64,000 bases of DNA from the human T2T-CHM13v2.0 reference genome, Homo sapiens. Each line of letters starts with the position of its first letter. Positions within the stretch are counted from its first letter, which is position 1. Where the stretch lies: the NCBI RefSeq assembly GCF_009914755.1, contig NC_060942.1. The stretch is one strand, 5' to 3'. Positions 20,581-38,573 of the stretch are shown here, one piece after another. A program made the position numbers and the translations under genes. The notes beneath the pieces are model-generated. The model worked only from the letters and a program-made list of their open reading frames with translations. It was not told where the DNA came from and did no database searches.

Positions 20581-23500
20581 GGCAATGTCTATTTTGTCTT
20601 TGCTTTAACATCATTAATGACCTTTTTAATTACTAATATCAGAAATTTGCAGTGAATCTGGAGTGGAGGAAATGTGCAGGGAAGCTTTTCACAAATGAAG
20701 GAAGCCTGACCTTCCTTTTAACATGGCTTCCTTCTTTTCCTGAGACGGAAATGTATACTGAGCTCATGACGTGTGGAGCCTGTTGCTTTTGCTTCTCCTC
20801 ATATCATGAGTTTTCCCAAATATCTAATGATAATGTCTGTGTCTAGGTCCATTTATCTACCACAACATGATTCCTAAGCATATTTTTGTGTATTACGCAG
20901 AATTCTCTACTTACAGACATATCAATAATATACTTTCACCCAACCCATTGCCCTCCTCAGAGGTAAGAGATGCCCAAAATGGTTCTCCTGTCGCTTCATC
21001 CCGAGCACTGCTCCAAGGCTGGGCTGTGCTCATCTCTGTAGCTGGGCAGTGGGCTCAGGCAGAGCCACTTACATTTGGGAGGAATAAGTCATAAGAGATA
21101 ATAGTGTATCATGAGTTTAGAACACCAAGATGATATAGCAGGTCACTCTCCTCTCCTGGTAAACTGGTGTTCATCCCATTGGACCAGGTATCTGTGGATT
21201 TTTTGTCAGGTTACTGGTTCATTTTGTAGACAGCACTCACTTTAAAAAAAATTTTTTTTGGAAGTAGCCACTGCATGGAATCAGGACGTCACCAAAAGCA
21301 TTTTTGACACCTAGAGCTATCTGATTCCTTCAAAACCAAGTTTGGGCTAAGCTGAAGTGGTTATTTTTGGACAAAACAGGTCTGTGTTATGGAATCAGCC
21401 CTGACTTGGAAGCTTATCTCCTGGGTTTGAAAGCAGCTCTGAATCTTGCTAAGTTGTGAGACCTCAGGCAAGTCAGTTCACCTCTAATTGACCTTGCTGA
21501 CCATACACAACACACACTTTACTTTTAGTACCCCATTCAACCCTCACTACAAACCTCACCTGAGTTGTGGTAGTTTACTGTCCAGACTCCTTAGATGGAG
21601 AAACTGAGGTGCTAAATGAATGTGCGCAAACTTGCAGGATCCTAAGTGAAGGAGACAAGATGTGAACCTAGACATGTGGCCCCAAGGCTGAAGCAGTGAG
21701 TCGCTGAACTGCAGTTATCATGCTGAGAGGGGTGGCTTTCAATCCTGCCATGAGTTATAAGCATAGGTGGCTCCCTCACTCATGTGTGTCCTAGATTTAT
21801 GTGAGTCTGCAGACATCCCAGGCACTGGCTGTGATTACAGGGTGGCCACAGTAATCACATAGCTTAGGGCAGACATCAGTGAATGTAACTGTATCACTGG
21901 GCATAGCCATTGGTGTGGGCAGTACAGAGAGGGCCCAGATACTTCTCATGCCATGGCCAGGTCACAAGTTCTGGTCACTGGGAAGCAGCACTGAGAGACT
22001 TTCATGAACTTCTTTCAGTGCTGAGGACACTCCTCAGCAGTTGGCCCCAAACAGGTAAGATTGAAGAAATATTTTTGAAACAGTAGAGTGTATTATCACC
22101 AAAAGACCTAGGAGTGATCAAATCCTGCAAGCTACACATGAGGCAGAATGACAAATAAGGCAGCAAAGGGCCATTTGGTGATTAGTTCACCAAACTTGTT
22201 GCAACTGTTTGTACTGCAGAGTTAAAACATACCAGTATTCAACCCACATCTCCTCTCCTGAAATAAACTGTCCAACATTAGCTGGCCAGAACAAGCACAG
22301 ATATTCTTCAAACTCAACTAATATGCATACATGACAAAGAAAAGGCGGTCTGGATGAAAAAATAGTGGGTTATTAATAATGGTTATTTTAAAGGATATAA
22401 TTTCAGTGTTTCTAATTCTGTCATTGGTTATAACAAATGATTAGTGAATAAATACAATAGACTTTTGCCTGGAATTGAATCCAATCTGTCCATTAAACTT
22501 TGCTTTTATTCAAGTGCAAAATCCTAAAACACATAATAACTGCAGTGACAGCCAATGTGGATCCATTGACATAAAAATGGTCTTGGGACATAAATCTTAC
22601 AAGCTAATATTGTTTTACGGGGTTTAGAAAACCATTTAGCTGGGTTTCAAAACCAGCAGTGTGAGTAATGGGATTCTCATCAAATTACAGCATGTACTTC
22701 AGTACTGTTTGTAGACTGACTTATTCTTGTTGCGTTAGGTTGCCATTAGCAAAATGCCAGGGACTCAGTTTCTCACTCCTTTCATGCTCCTCTTTCTTGC
22801 CTGTCTTTTCATGAGGAAAAATTTTCTAGTGCAGTCCAAGCTGTGCTTTTAACCGAACACATCCACACACACTGTCCTATTGTCTACATTCAGCAGAGCT
22901 CCCTGGATAAATCATGAACAGAAGCATCTATGACCGACAGTTGCTCTGTGTCCTTCTAGCCTCGCAGGAGTTTCCAGCTCATGAGGGCAGAGGAGATGAA
23001 GAGAGGCCGATCGACGTGAGGGTGAGGTTGCCTTGCTTTCCCTAAAATAGACATGTTCCTTTCTTGGTTGCTTTTTCCATTAACTTTACATGTGAAAAAA
23101 ATAACAATGTGCATTATAGACATTAAATACTGTTTTCTGGGGTGGTGGAAGAAGATATTCTCAGCAACTGATATGTAATCCAAAATGACATTTACGTATG
23201 ATGGCCTCAGGTTATAGACTGTATCCCTGGGGTCCTTGTTCTTGGAAGCAATGTCTTCTTGGATTAAGCATTTTGCACTTGCCGACCTAAATGGACCTAA
23301 GAGATACACCTTCTAGGAAAAGCTCATGTCTTTTCCAGTGTGCATCCTACCCTTGTTTTGGGGGCCTTGGAGTTGACTACAGTTTCTGATGCAGTTTTTA
23401 ATGCTCTTTGAGAGAAACAGAGCCAGGTGCAAACAATCCACAGCTCAATGTGCCCCTCATATAGCTTTGTTTCTGTATTGCAGGTTGTGCAGGCGGCCCC

Positions 23501-26088
23501 TCTGAGGTGTGACTCCAGTAAGTACTCTGGAATTACTTGCTGAGAAAGAAAAGTCTGGATGCCAAGAAAGGTGTGACATCCTTGCTGGCTTCAATGTGAA
23601 GAGCCACCCTGATTCTGGGATTCTGATAGGAATAAGGGTAGTGGACTTTTTTTTTAAGTTCTCCAAGCAAAAATTATGACCAAATGTCTCCATCTGATGA
23701 AGCAGCTGCACTCCTATGGGGGCGCTGGGCTGTGCGCTTGCCTGGTGTCTTATGAGTCTGCATCGTGTGATATGATTGTGTGTGTTTTCGTATAGGGGAG
23801 GCTGTGTGTTTTCTCAGGAGAGATTTTCCATTTACACAGCACAATTGCCAGTCTCCACTTCTAAAAAGTAAAATCCACCCCTGTTCTACTCTCTCCATAC
23901 ATGACTCATTCACCCGTGCCAGAGCCACCTTTCATTACCCTCACTGCTCAGGTGGAGAATCTGAAGGGCCAATGGGAGTGGCCCCAGCTTTTGAGCTCCT
24001 GAATGAAAAAGTCAAAACATGAGCTCAGGTGTGTGGCCCAATGCTGACAGTCACCTGCTGACATGCACTTATGCATCAGTCACAGGGTGTTCATCACCAT
24101 GCAGGAGTCCAGCATTCATGTACAAGCCCTAAAGCACTGAGCCTGAGAGATCCCAGACTCTGCCCATCACCATAAAGTGACCTCCATGGTCACATAACCC
24201 AGAGCAGTTATAGGCACATCTTCCTACAGACCAGCATAGTCCTCAGTGTCAAAAGCACAAAGATCCCCGGATGTTTTGGGTCAGCTCACAGGTTCTAAGA
24301 TGTGGGGGACCATATAGAACAGTTCTGAAGTTATTTTGCTCAGCAGCTGGCCAAAGCTTATAAGGATCAGTGATATATTTCAGTAGATTTAGTAATGTTC
24401 ACAAGCCCTAAAATCCTCAAAACCTGCCAGCTAAAAATGGTGAAGAGAGACAGATAAGAACACTGCTCCACTCAGTGTGGTTTCCGTTGCCTCGTGGCAA
24501 CTCTGTTATACATCTGGATTAAGGATCCTCAGCCTCAACCTAACCTTTCCTCCATGAGGAACCGTCTCACTGTTAACTGACTAGTGTAGCCTGCCTGGCC
24601 ATTAGCCTACGTGAAATAAAGTTTTGCTTTAAAACAAGTGTAAATCTCATACAGCAGATAAGTGCAGTAGCAGCAGCATCTTGCAAGTTGTAAAGAAGAC
24701 AGCGGCGATGTAGCTGGACTTGAAGCCAGACAGGAGGAATTAGGGAACTCTGTCACTGAATTACAGCACGCAGAGTTGAAAACCATTTGTAGACAATTTC
24801 GTGTTACAGTAGGTAGCCTTTAGCTAGTAAGCAAAGGTCTCTGTTTCTCATTTCTTTCCTGTTCATCTTCATTGTTGTCCTTCTTCCAAAACGGCAAACA
24901 GCCAAAGCAGAAGGCAATTTCAGTATTAATCTAACTAAGGTTTTGTGTAGTTTACTATCATCCAGGTAAGCAAATATAACTGCCTGCCTGCGTGCCTGCC
25001 TGTCCCCAATCCCTGCTCTGTGTTTTCATTTAATAAATATTTTGGTGTTCTACTTACCATGTGCTAGATTTTCTGGAAACCACAAAGAAAATGAGGTAGA
25101 GTCTTTATATTGAGAGCTGATAAGTTAGATTTAACATAACTGACAAAAATTAAAAATTGCAACTTTTATAAAAATACCTTATATATGTCTGAATACATAC
25201 TGAATGTAAGGCAGTTGACAAAAATAATTACTCCTGCACTCATGGGCAGTTTCTCATGAACTTGTCAATTTCTATTTTTTCTACTTCCTCATTTCAGTAG
25301 ATGATGCATATCTGAACCTGGAAACCGCTTCCCACTGTAGAGCGTGTCTGAGTCATGTCCCTTAGCTTCAGCAGAGCAGATCCAGCAGGCTCTGAGCTTG
25401 GCCTCTTTGCCTGGAGCGAGACCTCTAGGTAATGTCTCCAGAGAGGGTGGCACAAAGGATCCTGGATCTCCTGATCACAGCAGCCCAAGAGTGCCGTGCG
25501 TGCACCATGGCTCAAGAAGAAGACTTAAAAAGGGGAAAGTATGACTATTTCTAATCTGTAGTATTTCAGTATTTTTAATGTTTTGGTTATCTGTATGAAA
25601 AAGAATTTGCAATAAATAAAATAATTTGCCTAAAATTGAATCTATTTCACCAATAAAATTGGCTTTTAATCAAGTGATAAATCCTGTAAAATAGATAATA
25701 GATGCAGTACCAACATAGTTTGATTCTAGTAGTACACTGAGATAATCTTGAATACGTTAAGAAAGTCTTGTTTGTGTAGAAGAGTTTCAAATCATGTGAG
25801 TGATGAAGGGACCCTTCTGTTGAACCTTGGTGTGCATTTTAGGTCCATTTTGGGTTTACTCCTTTGTGCTGCTTCATGATGCCTTAGGACAAGGACAAGG
25901 CCTAGGCCTCCTTGTCTCAGTTCCCTCCTGCTCTCTCTGTTGCCCTCCTCCTTCCACCTGGAGCATGGCCCAGCATCAGGTTGGCGCATGCTGTGATCAG
26001 CTACCTCCATGCACCACACCAAGCAAAGCTCTCTGGGTGACACAGTTGCCACCACCAGGGCACTGACCCTTACTCTGTGTTCTCCTAG

Positions 26089-26285
26089 CTCCTCCTGAGG
26101 GTGCTGTAGGAGACATCTGCAAAAAAGAAGATGCTGGCAATGTAAGACACTTTTCTTGGTCTTAAACAGAAATGTTACTTTCCTGGCTGCTTTCCTTTCC
26201 AGTCAAATATACACATGGGAATCTGACAGGGTGCATTATCTATGATGTCCACAGTTCCCTTGCTGGGTGGTACTGGTTGGCAGCC
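26089..26285 (+). pseudogene. SGLT exon 8-like remnant (highly degenerate)
   Basis: Acceptor TTCTCCTAG|CT; CAGAAATGTTAC (KCY); GNLTGCIIYDV..LAGWYW vs TGDIPWPGIIFGM..ALWYW. Confidence 0.45.
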
Positions 26286-26405
26286 TCTCACCAACCCACA
26301 CCTGGCATACTGGGGCCTTGTAGATGGCAGCATTCCCTATCTACTGCAATGCAGAGGCCTTTCCCTCAGCAGCAGTTTTCCCCATGGATTAAGAGTTGTG
26401 GAAGT

Positions 26406-26703
26406 GGCTGGGTCCGGTGGCTCACACCTGTATTCCCAGCACTTTGGGAGGCCAGGACAGGCGGATCACCTGAGGTCAGGAGTTCAAAACTAGCCTGACA
26501 AACATGATGAAGCCCCGTCTCTACTAAAAATACAAAAGTTAGCTGGGCTTGGTGGCATGCGCCTGTAATCCAGATACTTGGGAGGCTGAAGAAGGAGAAT
26601 CGCTTGAACCAGGGAGGTGGAGGTTTCAGTGAGCCGAGATCAAGCCACTGCGCTCCAGCCTGGACAGCGAGACTCCTTCAAAAAATAAAAATAAAAATAA
26701 AAA
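26406..26703 (+). mobile_element. AluS element
   Basis: Full dimer, A-rich tail, TSD-like AAGAGTTGTG. Confidence 0.93.
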
Positions 26704-26920
26704 AGAGTTGTGAAACTGCCCATCTAAATAAACCTTAAAGGTAAATTCTGTTGGAAAAGTTCTTGTCTTTTCTGTAGGTGTACTTTGTGCTAGTTTTGGG
26801 GGACTTTGACCTTTGACTCTACCACTATACTTACAATTTTCTAAAGTTGCCAAGAGAATAACAGATATGTGTGACATGCGTGGCATCATCTAATCCTCCT
26901 AATGTGTTCTATAATTGCAG

Positions 26921-27045
26921 ATGCCATCAACCTCAGAGGGGAGTATTTACCCTGAAATGGCTCACTTCCTGAGGAACAAACTTGCTGGATCTAGTGTACG
27001 GAAACCTGATTCTGGGTTCCTTTGGGAAGGAGCATTACGGGCCTG
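26921..27045 (+). other. Candidate exon with ATG at its first base (possibly a degenerate SGLT exon 9)
   Basis: ATAATTGCAG|ATG...GCCTG|GTGAG, 125 nt, open frame MPSTSEGSIYPEMAHFLRNKLAGSSVRKPDSGFLWEGALRA, phase-2 end. Confidence 0.5.
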
Positions 27046-27629
27046 GTGAGAGCAAATGACTTTCCAGTAGAAAGCTATGGCCAGAGAGGCTGCAGGAATA
27101 TCTGTGAACCCAGAGGAAAGACCAGGGAATCCTGTGTGAGGCAGTGGGGCTTCAGCGGGAGTAGGAGTGGGTAGCCTCTCTCAAATGACTTCTCCTGTTG
27201 TTTGTGTTTCTCCAGTGTGGGTGCTGGAGAGCATAACTGATGAGGAGGACTCTCCAGCTAGGGAACTGCTTTCCAGGTGGGACTCAGTGGGCAAGGGTTC
27301 CCAGGGCCCTTCAGGGTATTCCTGCTGCTTGGGAGGCTGAGGGAGGGGGCATAGAATCAAAAAGAAAAAGGAAATATGTGTAAAGTTTGGTTTGGTCTTT
27401 TTTTTTTTTTTCTTTTTTTTTTTAATTATACTTTAAGTTTTAGGGTACATGTGCACACTGTGCAGGTTAGTTACATATGTATACATGTGCCATGCTGGTG
27501 CGCTGCACCCACTAACTCGTCATCTAGCCTTAGGTATATCTCCCAATGCTATCCCTCCCCGCTCCCCCCACCCCACCACAGTCCCCAGAGTGTGATATTC
27601 CCCTTCATGTGTCCATGTGATCTCATTGT

Positions 27630-31460
<3,831 letters not shown>

Positions 31461-31508
31461 TTATTTTGCTCGTTAGTTGATGCAGTTTCTTCCTAGTCGC
31501 GATGGTCT

Positions 31509-32521
31509 TTACATTTTGGCATGATTTTGCAGCGGCTGGTACTGGTTGTTCCTTTCCATGTTTAGCGCTTCCTTCAGGAGCTCTTTTAGGGCAGGCCTGG
31601 TGGTGACAAAATCTCTCAGCATTTGCTTGTCTGTAAAGTATTTTATTTCTCCTTCACTTATGAAGCTTAGTTTGGCTGGATATGAAATTCTGGGTTGAAA
31701 ATTCTTTTCTTTAAGAAGCTTGAATATTGGCCCCCACTCTCTTCTGGCTTGTAGGGTTTCTGCCGAGAGATCCACTGTTAGTCTGATGGGCTTCCCTTTG
31801 AGGGTAACCCGACCTTTCTGGCTGCCCTTAACATTTTTTCCTTCATTTCAACTTTGGTGAATCTGACAATTATGTGTCTTGGAGTTGCTCTTCTCGAGGA
31901 GTATCTTTGTGGCGTTCTCTGTATTTCCTGAATCTGAACGTTGGCCTGCCTTGCTAGATTGGGGAAGTTCTCCTGGATAATATCCTGTAGAGTGTTTTCC
32001 AACTTGGTTCCATTCTCCGCATCACTTTCAGGTACACCAATCAGACGTAGATTTGGTCTTTTCACATAGTCCCATATTTCTTGGAGGCTTTGCTCATTTC
32101 TTTTTATCCTTTTTTCTCTAACCTTCCCTTCTCGTTTCATTTCATTCATTTTATCTTCCATTGCTGATACCCTTTCTTCCAGTTGATCGCATCGGCTCCT
32201 GAGGCTTCTGAATTCTTCACGTAGTTCTCGAGCCTTGGCTTTCAGCTCCATCAGCTCCTTTAAGCACTTCTCTGTATTGGTTATTCTAGTTATACATTCT
32301 TCTAAATTTTTTTCAAAGTTTTCAACTTCTTTGCCTTTGGTTTGAATGTCCTCCCGTAGCTCAGAGTAATTTGATTGTCTGAAGCCTTCTTCTCTCAGCT
32401 CGTCAAAGTCATTCTCCATCCAGCTTTGTTCCGTTGCTGGTGAGGAACTGCGTTCCTTTGGAGGAGGAGAGGCGCTCTGCGTTTTAGAGTTTCCAGTTTT
32501 TCTGTTCTGTTTTTTCCCCAT
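31509..32521 (-). pseudogene. L1 ORF1, frameshifted
   Basis: MGKKQNRKTGNSK... open for 247 aa; small deletion at LRAAR(EKG) shifts frame; C-terminus ...QNHAKM in ORF 31509-31775. Confidence 0.95.
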
Positions 32522-32976
32522 CTTTGTGGTTTTATCTACTTTTGGTCTTTGATGATGGTGATGTACAGATGGGTTTTCGGTGTGGATGTCCTTTCTGTTT
32601 GTTAGTTTTCCTTCTAACAGACAGCACCCTCAGCTGCAGGTCTGTTGGAATACCCTGCCATGTGAGGTGTCAGTGTGCCCCTGCTGAGGGGTGCCTCCCA
32701 GTTAGGCTGCTCGGGGGTCAGGGGTCAGGGACCCACTTGAGGAGGCAGTCCACCCATTCTCAGATCTCCAGCTGCGTGCTGGGAGAACCACTGCTCTCTT
32801 CAAAGCTGTCAGACAGGGACATTTAAGTCTGCAGAGGTTACTGCTGTCTTTTTGTTTGTCTGTGCCCTGCCCCGAGAGGTGGAGCCTACAGAGGCAGGCA
32901 GGCCTCCTTGAGCTGTGGTGTGCTCCACCCAGTTCGAGCTTCCCAGCTGCTTTGTTTACCTAAGCAAGCCTGGGCA

Positions 32977-33192
32977 ATGGCGGGCGCCCCTCCCCCAGCC
33001 TCGCTGCCGCCTTGCAGTTTGATCTCAGACTGCTGTGCTAGCAATCAGCGAGATTCTGTGGGCGTAGGACCCTCCGAGCCAGGTGTGGGATATAGTCTCG
33101 TGGTGCGCCGTTTTTTAAGCCGGTCTGAAAAGCGCAATATTCGGGTGGGAGTGACCCGATTTTCCAGGTGCGTCCGTCACCCCTTTCTTTGA
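32977..33192 (+). CDS. L1 ORF0 (71 aa), intact, downstream of the L1 antisense promoter
   Basis: MAGAPPPASLPPCSLISDCCASNQRDSVGVGPSEPGVGYSLVVRRFLSRSEKRNIRVGVTRFSRCVRHPFL*; GCAATGG start context; internal donors at 33083 and 33168. Confidence 0.85.
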   Translation: MAGAPPPASLPPCSLISDCCASNQRDSVGVGPSEPGVGYSLVVRRFLSRSEKRNIRVGVTRFSRCVRHPFL

Positions 33193-34287
33193 CTCGGAAA
33201 GGGAACTCCCTGACCCCTTGCGCTTCCCAGGTGAGGCAATGCCTCGCCCTGCTTCGGCTCGCGCCCGGTGCGCGCACCCACTGGCCTGCGCCCACTGTCT
33301 GGCACTCCCTAGTGAGATGAACCCGGTACCTCAGATGGAAATGCAGAAATCACCCGTCTTCTGCGTCGCTCACGCTGGGAGCTGTAGACCGGAGCTGTTC
33401 CTATTCGGCCATCTTGGCTCCTCCCCGCTGGTTTGGTCTTTTCCAAGTTTATTGGCGTAGTGGTGAGAACTGTCTCTATGGGCTTATGAGGGTGCCGCGT
33501 TGTTTAAAGATGATCTTTCCCAAAACACCTTTTCTGCCTCTGCATCTGCCAAACATCACAGCTTCTGCGTTGGATTAGTCAGCACTCCTTGATATTGTGC
33601 AAAAGAGGTTTAGGGTTCCCTCAACCTGTGGTGGAGGGAAGGTGAGGGCCACGCCTCTCACAGGCACATGCTTGAACCTGGAGACAAAGTACTCCTAAGG
33701 TTTGCCCAGGGCTGTAGGAAACCTTGATGATCATCCTCTGAATTTTTAGGACTTTTAAAAGCACATTCATGTTTCTGTCCTTGCTGTTGACTCCTGGTTC
33801 GCCCAGGAGATCCTGGTTCACCCAGGGATCACCCAGGGTGGATGGCAGAGGTAATATTCACTCTGGGTTCACTGCTGGAGCTCCAGTGCCCTGGGAGGGG
33901 AGAGGAGAAGCCTGACCTTGAGCACAGCTCCAGCCTCCACTCCCCACTCCTATCGCAGGCTCTGGGCTGTGGTTTCATTTTCCCCAGTTCTCTAACTACT
34001 CAGGAAGCCCAGAGTTTCTCCCTAAAGAAAGGTGGCCCTGCACTCTTTCCTCTCCTCCAAAATTAGGCTTCAGTAATTGTCCTCTAAGTTGATATTTAGA
34101 ACTTAAAATCTAGACTTCTTGGATCACCAAGAAATATGCAGGAAGTTCCACATGATCTCATGTGTGATAGCACGTAACTTAGTGCTACAGGTGACAGTTT
34201 TATTTTTGGAGGAGTCTTATTTTACATAGGGAAATAGAAAACTAAGTGGCCTCCCTTGAGGCAGCCCAAGGGCTCCACTGGACCCAG

Positions 34288-34428
34288 AACTCTGAGTTCT
34301 GATGCTGCCTATCATTTGCTTTTTCTCATGAGCTCCTGGACCACCTCATATCACCAGCACCCTCTACCCAAGGTCCTGGAGCCAACACTGGAGTAAAAGA
34401 GCACAAGAGAACTCCTTAGAGGTGGAAG
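34288..34428 (+). pseudogene. SGLT exon 11 remnant, copy 1
   Basis: CCAG|AA CTC TGA GTT CTG ATG CTG...CTC ATG AGC TCC...GAA CTC CTT AGA GGT GGA AG|GTAAG vs GLRGLMLSVMLASLMSS...ELMIAGR. Confidence 0.75.
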
Positions 34429-34659
34429 GTAAGACAGCCCTGCTTTCTCCCTGAGATTTCTCTGCAAAAAGTGCAGATAAAAGTGAATTGGAACCCCTCA
34501 ATGGGGTTCCATTGGAATTATCTACAGAGTTTTAGAGTGGGGAAGGATAGCAGAGAACATTTAATTCAACCTTTTCTCTTCCCAGATACAAAAATTGGGG
34601 TTATACCTTTAACCCCAATTAAAAAATAGTAGTTTCTTCATCATTACAGATATCCCTGT

Positions 34660-34987
34660 TTTTTTGTTTTTTGTTTGTTTGTTTGTTTTTTGTCTTTTGT
34701 TTTTGACGGAGTCTCGCTCTGTCACCCAGGCTGGAGTGCAGTGGTGTGATCTCGTCTCGGCTCACTGCAACTTCCACCTCCCAGGTTCAAGCGATTCCCC
34801 TGCCTCAGCCTCCCGAGTAGCTGGGACTACAGGCACATGCCACCATGCCCAGCTAATTTTTTATATTTTAGTAGAAATGGGGTTTCAACATGTTGGCCAG
34901 GGTGATCTTGATCTCCTGACCTCGAGATCCGCCCACCTCAGCCACCCAAAGTGCTGGGATTACAGGTGTGAGCCACTGCACCTGGCC
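34660..34987 (-). mobile_element. AluS element
   Basis: Antisense Alu dimer with T-rich tail. Confidence 0.93.
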
Positions 34988-36200
34988 CCTTACTGTCTCT
35001 TATTTCTTCCTCTCCTTATGCTCTCTGCCCTAAATGGGGTCCTCAGGACCGTCCATCAGTGTCTTCATAGAGAATGGAATTTGTACCTTCTCTGTGGGAT
35101 AATGCATTGCCTCTACACAGTTCATGCATATTCTATGAAAGCAGTATCCAGCCATTAACACATTACTACAGTGTTTACCAATGGCATTCAGTAAGAGTTT
35201 GGACATGATGGACAAGGACAGACTCAGAAGGGACTAATTTCAAGAGGGTACTTTGTCAGGTCAGGCCAAGGGTCCCTGAGGGCAGTGGGGTGAAAGGCAG
35301 CAGCCAAAAAGGATGTTTGACATTTTCTCATTTTCCGTTCACAATTTTCAAATAGACCTATGTTGTCACAGGAATTTGTAAAACATCTCAAAATTAAATT
35401 TTAACACACGTATAGAAAGTAGGGAAAACACGAATGTACAGCTCAGTGATTCCTCACAAAATGAGCACCCATGCACCCCTAGTCAGGTCAGCATTCCAGA
35501 CCCACTAGCCACCTTTGGGTCCCTTCTGAAGGTGACTGCTGTGACTTCTAATGCCCTGTTTAGACTTCTCCAGGTTTGGATAATTATGCATAGAAGAAGT
35601 CAATATGTATTGCTTGGTGTCTGGCTTCTTTGCTCACGTTGTTTTAGAGATTCAGTCATGTAGTTAAGCATAACCATAGCCCTTTCGTTTCCTCACCGTA
35701 TAGTATTCCACTGCGGTCACATGTTGTAATTTATCCACTACTATTGATGGATATGAGGATTTTTTTATAATTTTGGCTATCACAAATAATGCTGCTTTGA
35801 GCATTTTTGTCAATGTTTTTGAATAATGCAGGCACCCATTTCTGTTGAGAAGATTGTGAGAAGGGTGCATATCTTTTATTTTCATTAATAACACCAAACT
35901 TTTTCCTAAATGGTTACATTAAATTATGCTCCTTTAACAGCCTATAAGAGTAGCCATTTCTCCAAATCCTTGTCAAGTTTTAGTTTTATCTCTCATTAAG
36001 AGTTGAATTACTCTGGTTAGTCTTTCATTTGAATAGCCTTTTATTTTTAAAATGTAACAAAGAAAAGAAACTTCATCTTATTCTAATTATGTTAATTTTC
36101 GTAATCAAATTCAGCACACCATCAGGCATCTCGAACAGATAAGTGGTGGTAGCTTACTTTTTCCTGAGCAATGCACACATTTTCCATTTACAAACATTAA

Positions 36201-37220
<1,020 letters not shown>

Positions 37221-38392
37221 ATTAATATATCAATCATTTTGAATTGTAATCTTTCTGTAATGCTTCCTTTTAACATTTACAAACAGAGGAAACTAAACTA
37301 TTGAAATTTTGTGAAGTAGTAAAATTAAGATTTCAGCTGTGCCCCTTATCCTGCAATACTCATTTGTCAGTGCCTTTAGGACTCATGTCACATGGATTAA
37401 ACTTAGAGTGAAACACAAAGCCAAAATTATGGCCAGGGGGTTGTTGACTCACATGACCTCTTCAGGAGGCAGTTTGGTTCTGCCAAGGTTAAAGATAGTG
37501 TAACTTTCTAGCCATCCTACTTCCAGGAATGCTTCACCAGATACAATCATGCATGAGTGCCAGGAGCGATGCAGAAAAAGCTGTTCACTGCAGCATGGTT
37601 TCAATAGCAAGATTACTTTATAGCTCTTAAATAATGAAATGGATTTACATTTGAAATGCAGAATGGTAGCTAAGATGCATTGACCAATGATATATGCAGA
37701 GCTACAGAAGACTTTGTATAAATATAATCATGCAGAAGCATGCATTCCTGGTGCTTGTTTGTATTTGCAGATACAGTGCAGGGATGATGTGCAAACAAAA
37801 ATGCTGACTTGGTGTTTGGGAGTTCAGAGTGGAAGGGAAACTTCCTTTCAAACCCTTTCAGATATTTAGAATAATTTCTAACCATAAATATGTAATACAT
37901 TTAGAAATCTAGGTTAATAAGAAAAGCTTACAGTTCCTGTTCTTCTCCTGGGCACATGTCTGGTGGACATGGGGCTGTCATAGTAAGTAATGTGTGCAAA
38001 CTGAGAAAAATCCAAGAATGGGAGTCTGCTTTTTTCATCAAATAATTCTTAAGAGAAGTAGTGTGGTGGTTATTGCTCATTGATATATTACAAATATGTA
38101 CTAGATAATAATTTCTGACATTTGAACTGTATTTACACATGTTGAATTGAAATACCTAGATAAAAATTGAAATACATAGATAAAATATTGTGACTAATAT
38201 AGGCAAACAATTTTTTTTTGGCATTTTACAAACTGATTATCATTCCTCATGGCACAGGTTCATGTGATATCAAGTAGCTTGCTTTGTTTGGGAAAGGCAA
38301 TGATGACTGCAAGAATCACTTCAAAAACTAAAGTGCAGTGGAGATTTCAACTGTGTTCTGTTTAGTATTTGAATATTTAATTGCATTCCCAG

Positions 38393-38573
38393 GTTATTTC
38401 TCATCCTAATAGTTCTCACCCACATCATGTGGGTCCCATTAGTACAGGTATCTCCGAATGCTCCACTCTTCCATTACATTGAGTCAATTGCTCATGACCT
38501 TGGGCCTCCAATTGGGGCTATTTTCCTGCTATCCATCTCCTGGTCTATAGTAAAAGAGCCAATGAGCAGATAA
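38393..38573 (+). pseudogene. SGLT exon 12 remnant, copy 1, still open
   Basis: [50 protein letters not shown] vs SLC5A4 [55 protein letters not shown] lies in a shifted frame; donor reads ATAAGT. Confidence 0.92.

Noticed and set aside
21255-21890. Possible SGLT exon 5, 6 and 7 remnants (e.g. GCAGACATC...ATTACAGGGTGGCCACAGTAATC)
   Set aside because: Position fits but similarity is too weak and overlaps MIR-like sequence, so not listed as features
24025-24130. Exon 9-like string TGTTCATCACCATGCAGGAGTCCAGCATTCATGTACAAG
   Set aside because: Out of order relative to exon 8 and too short to distinguish from chance
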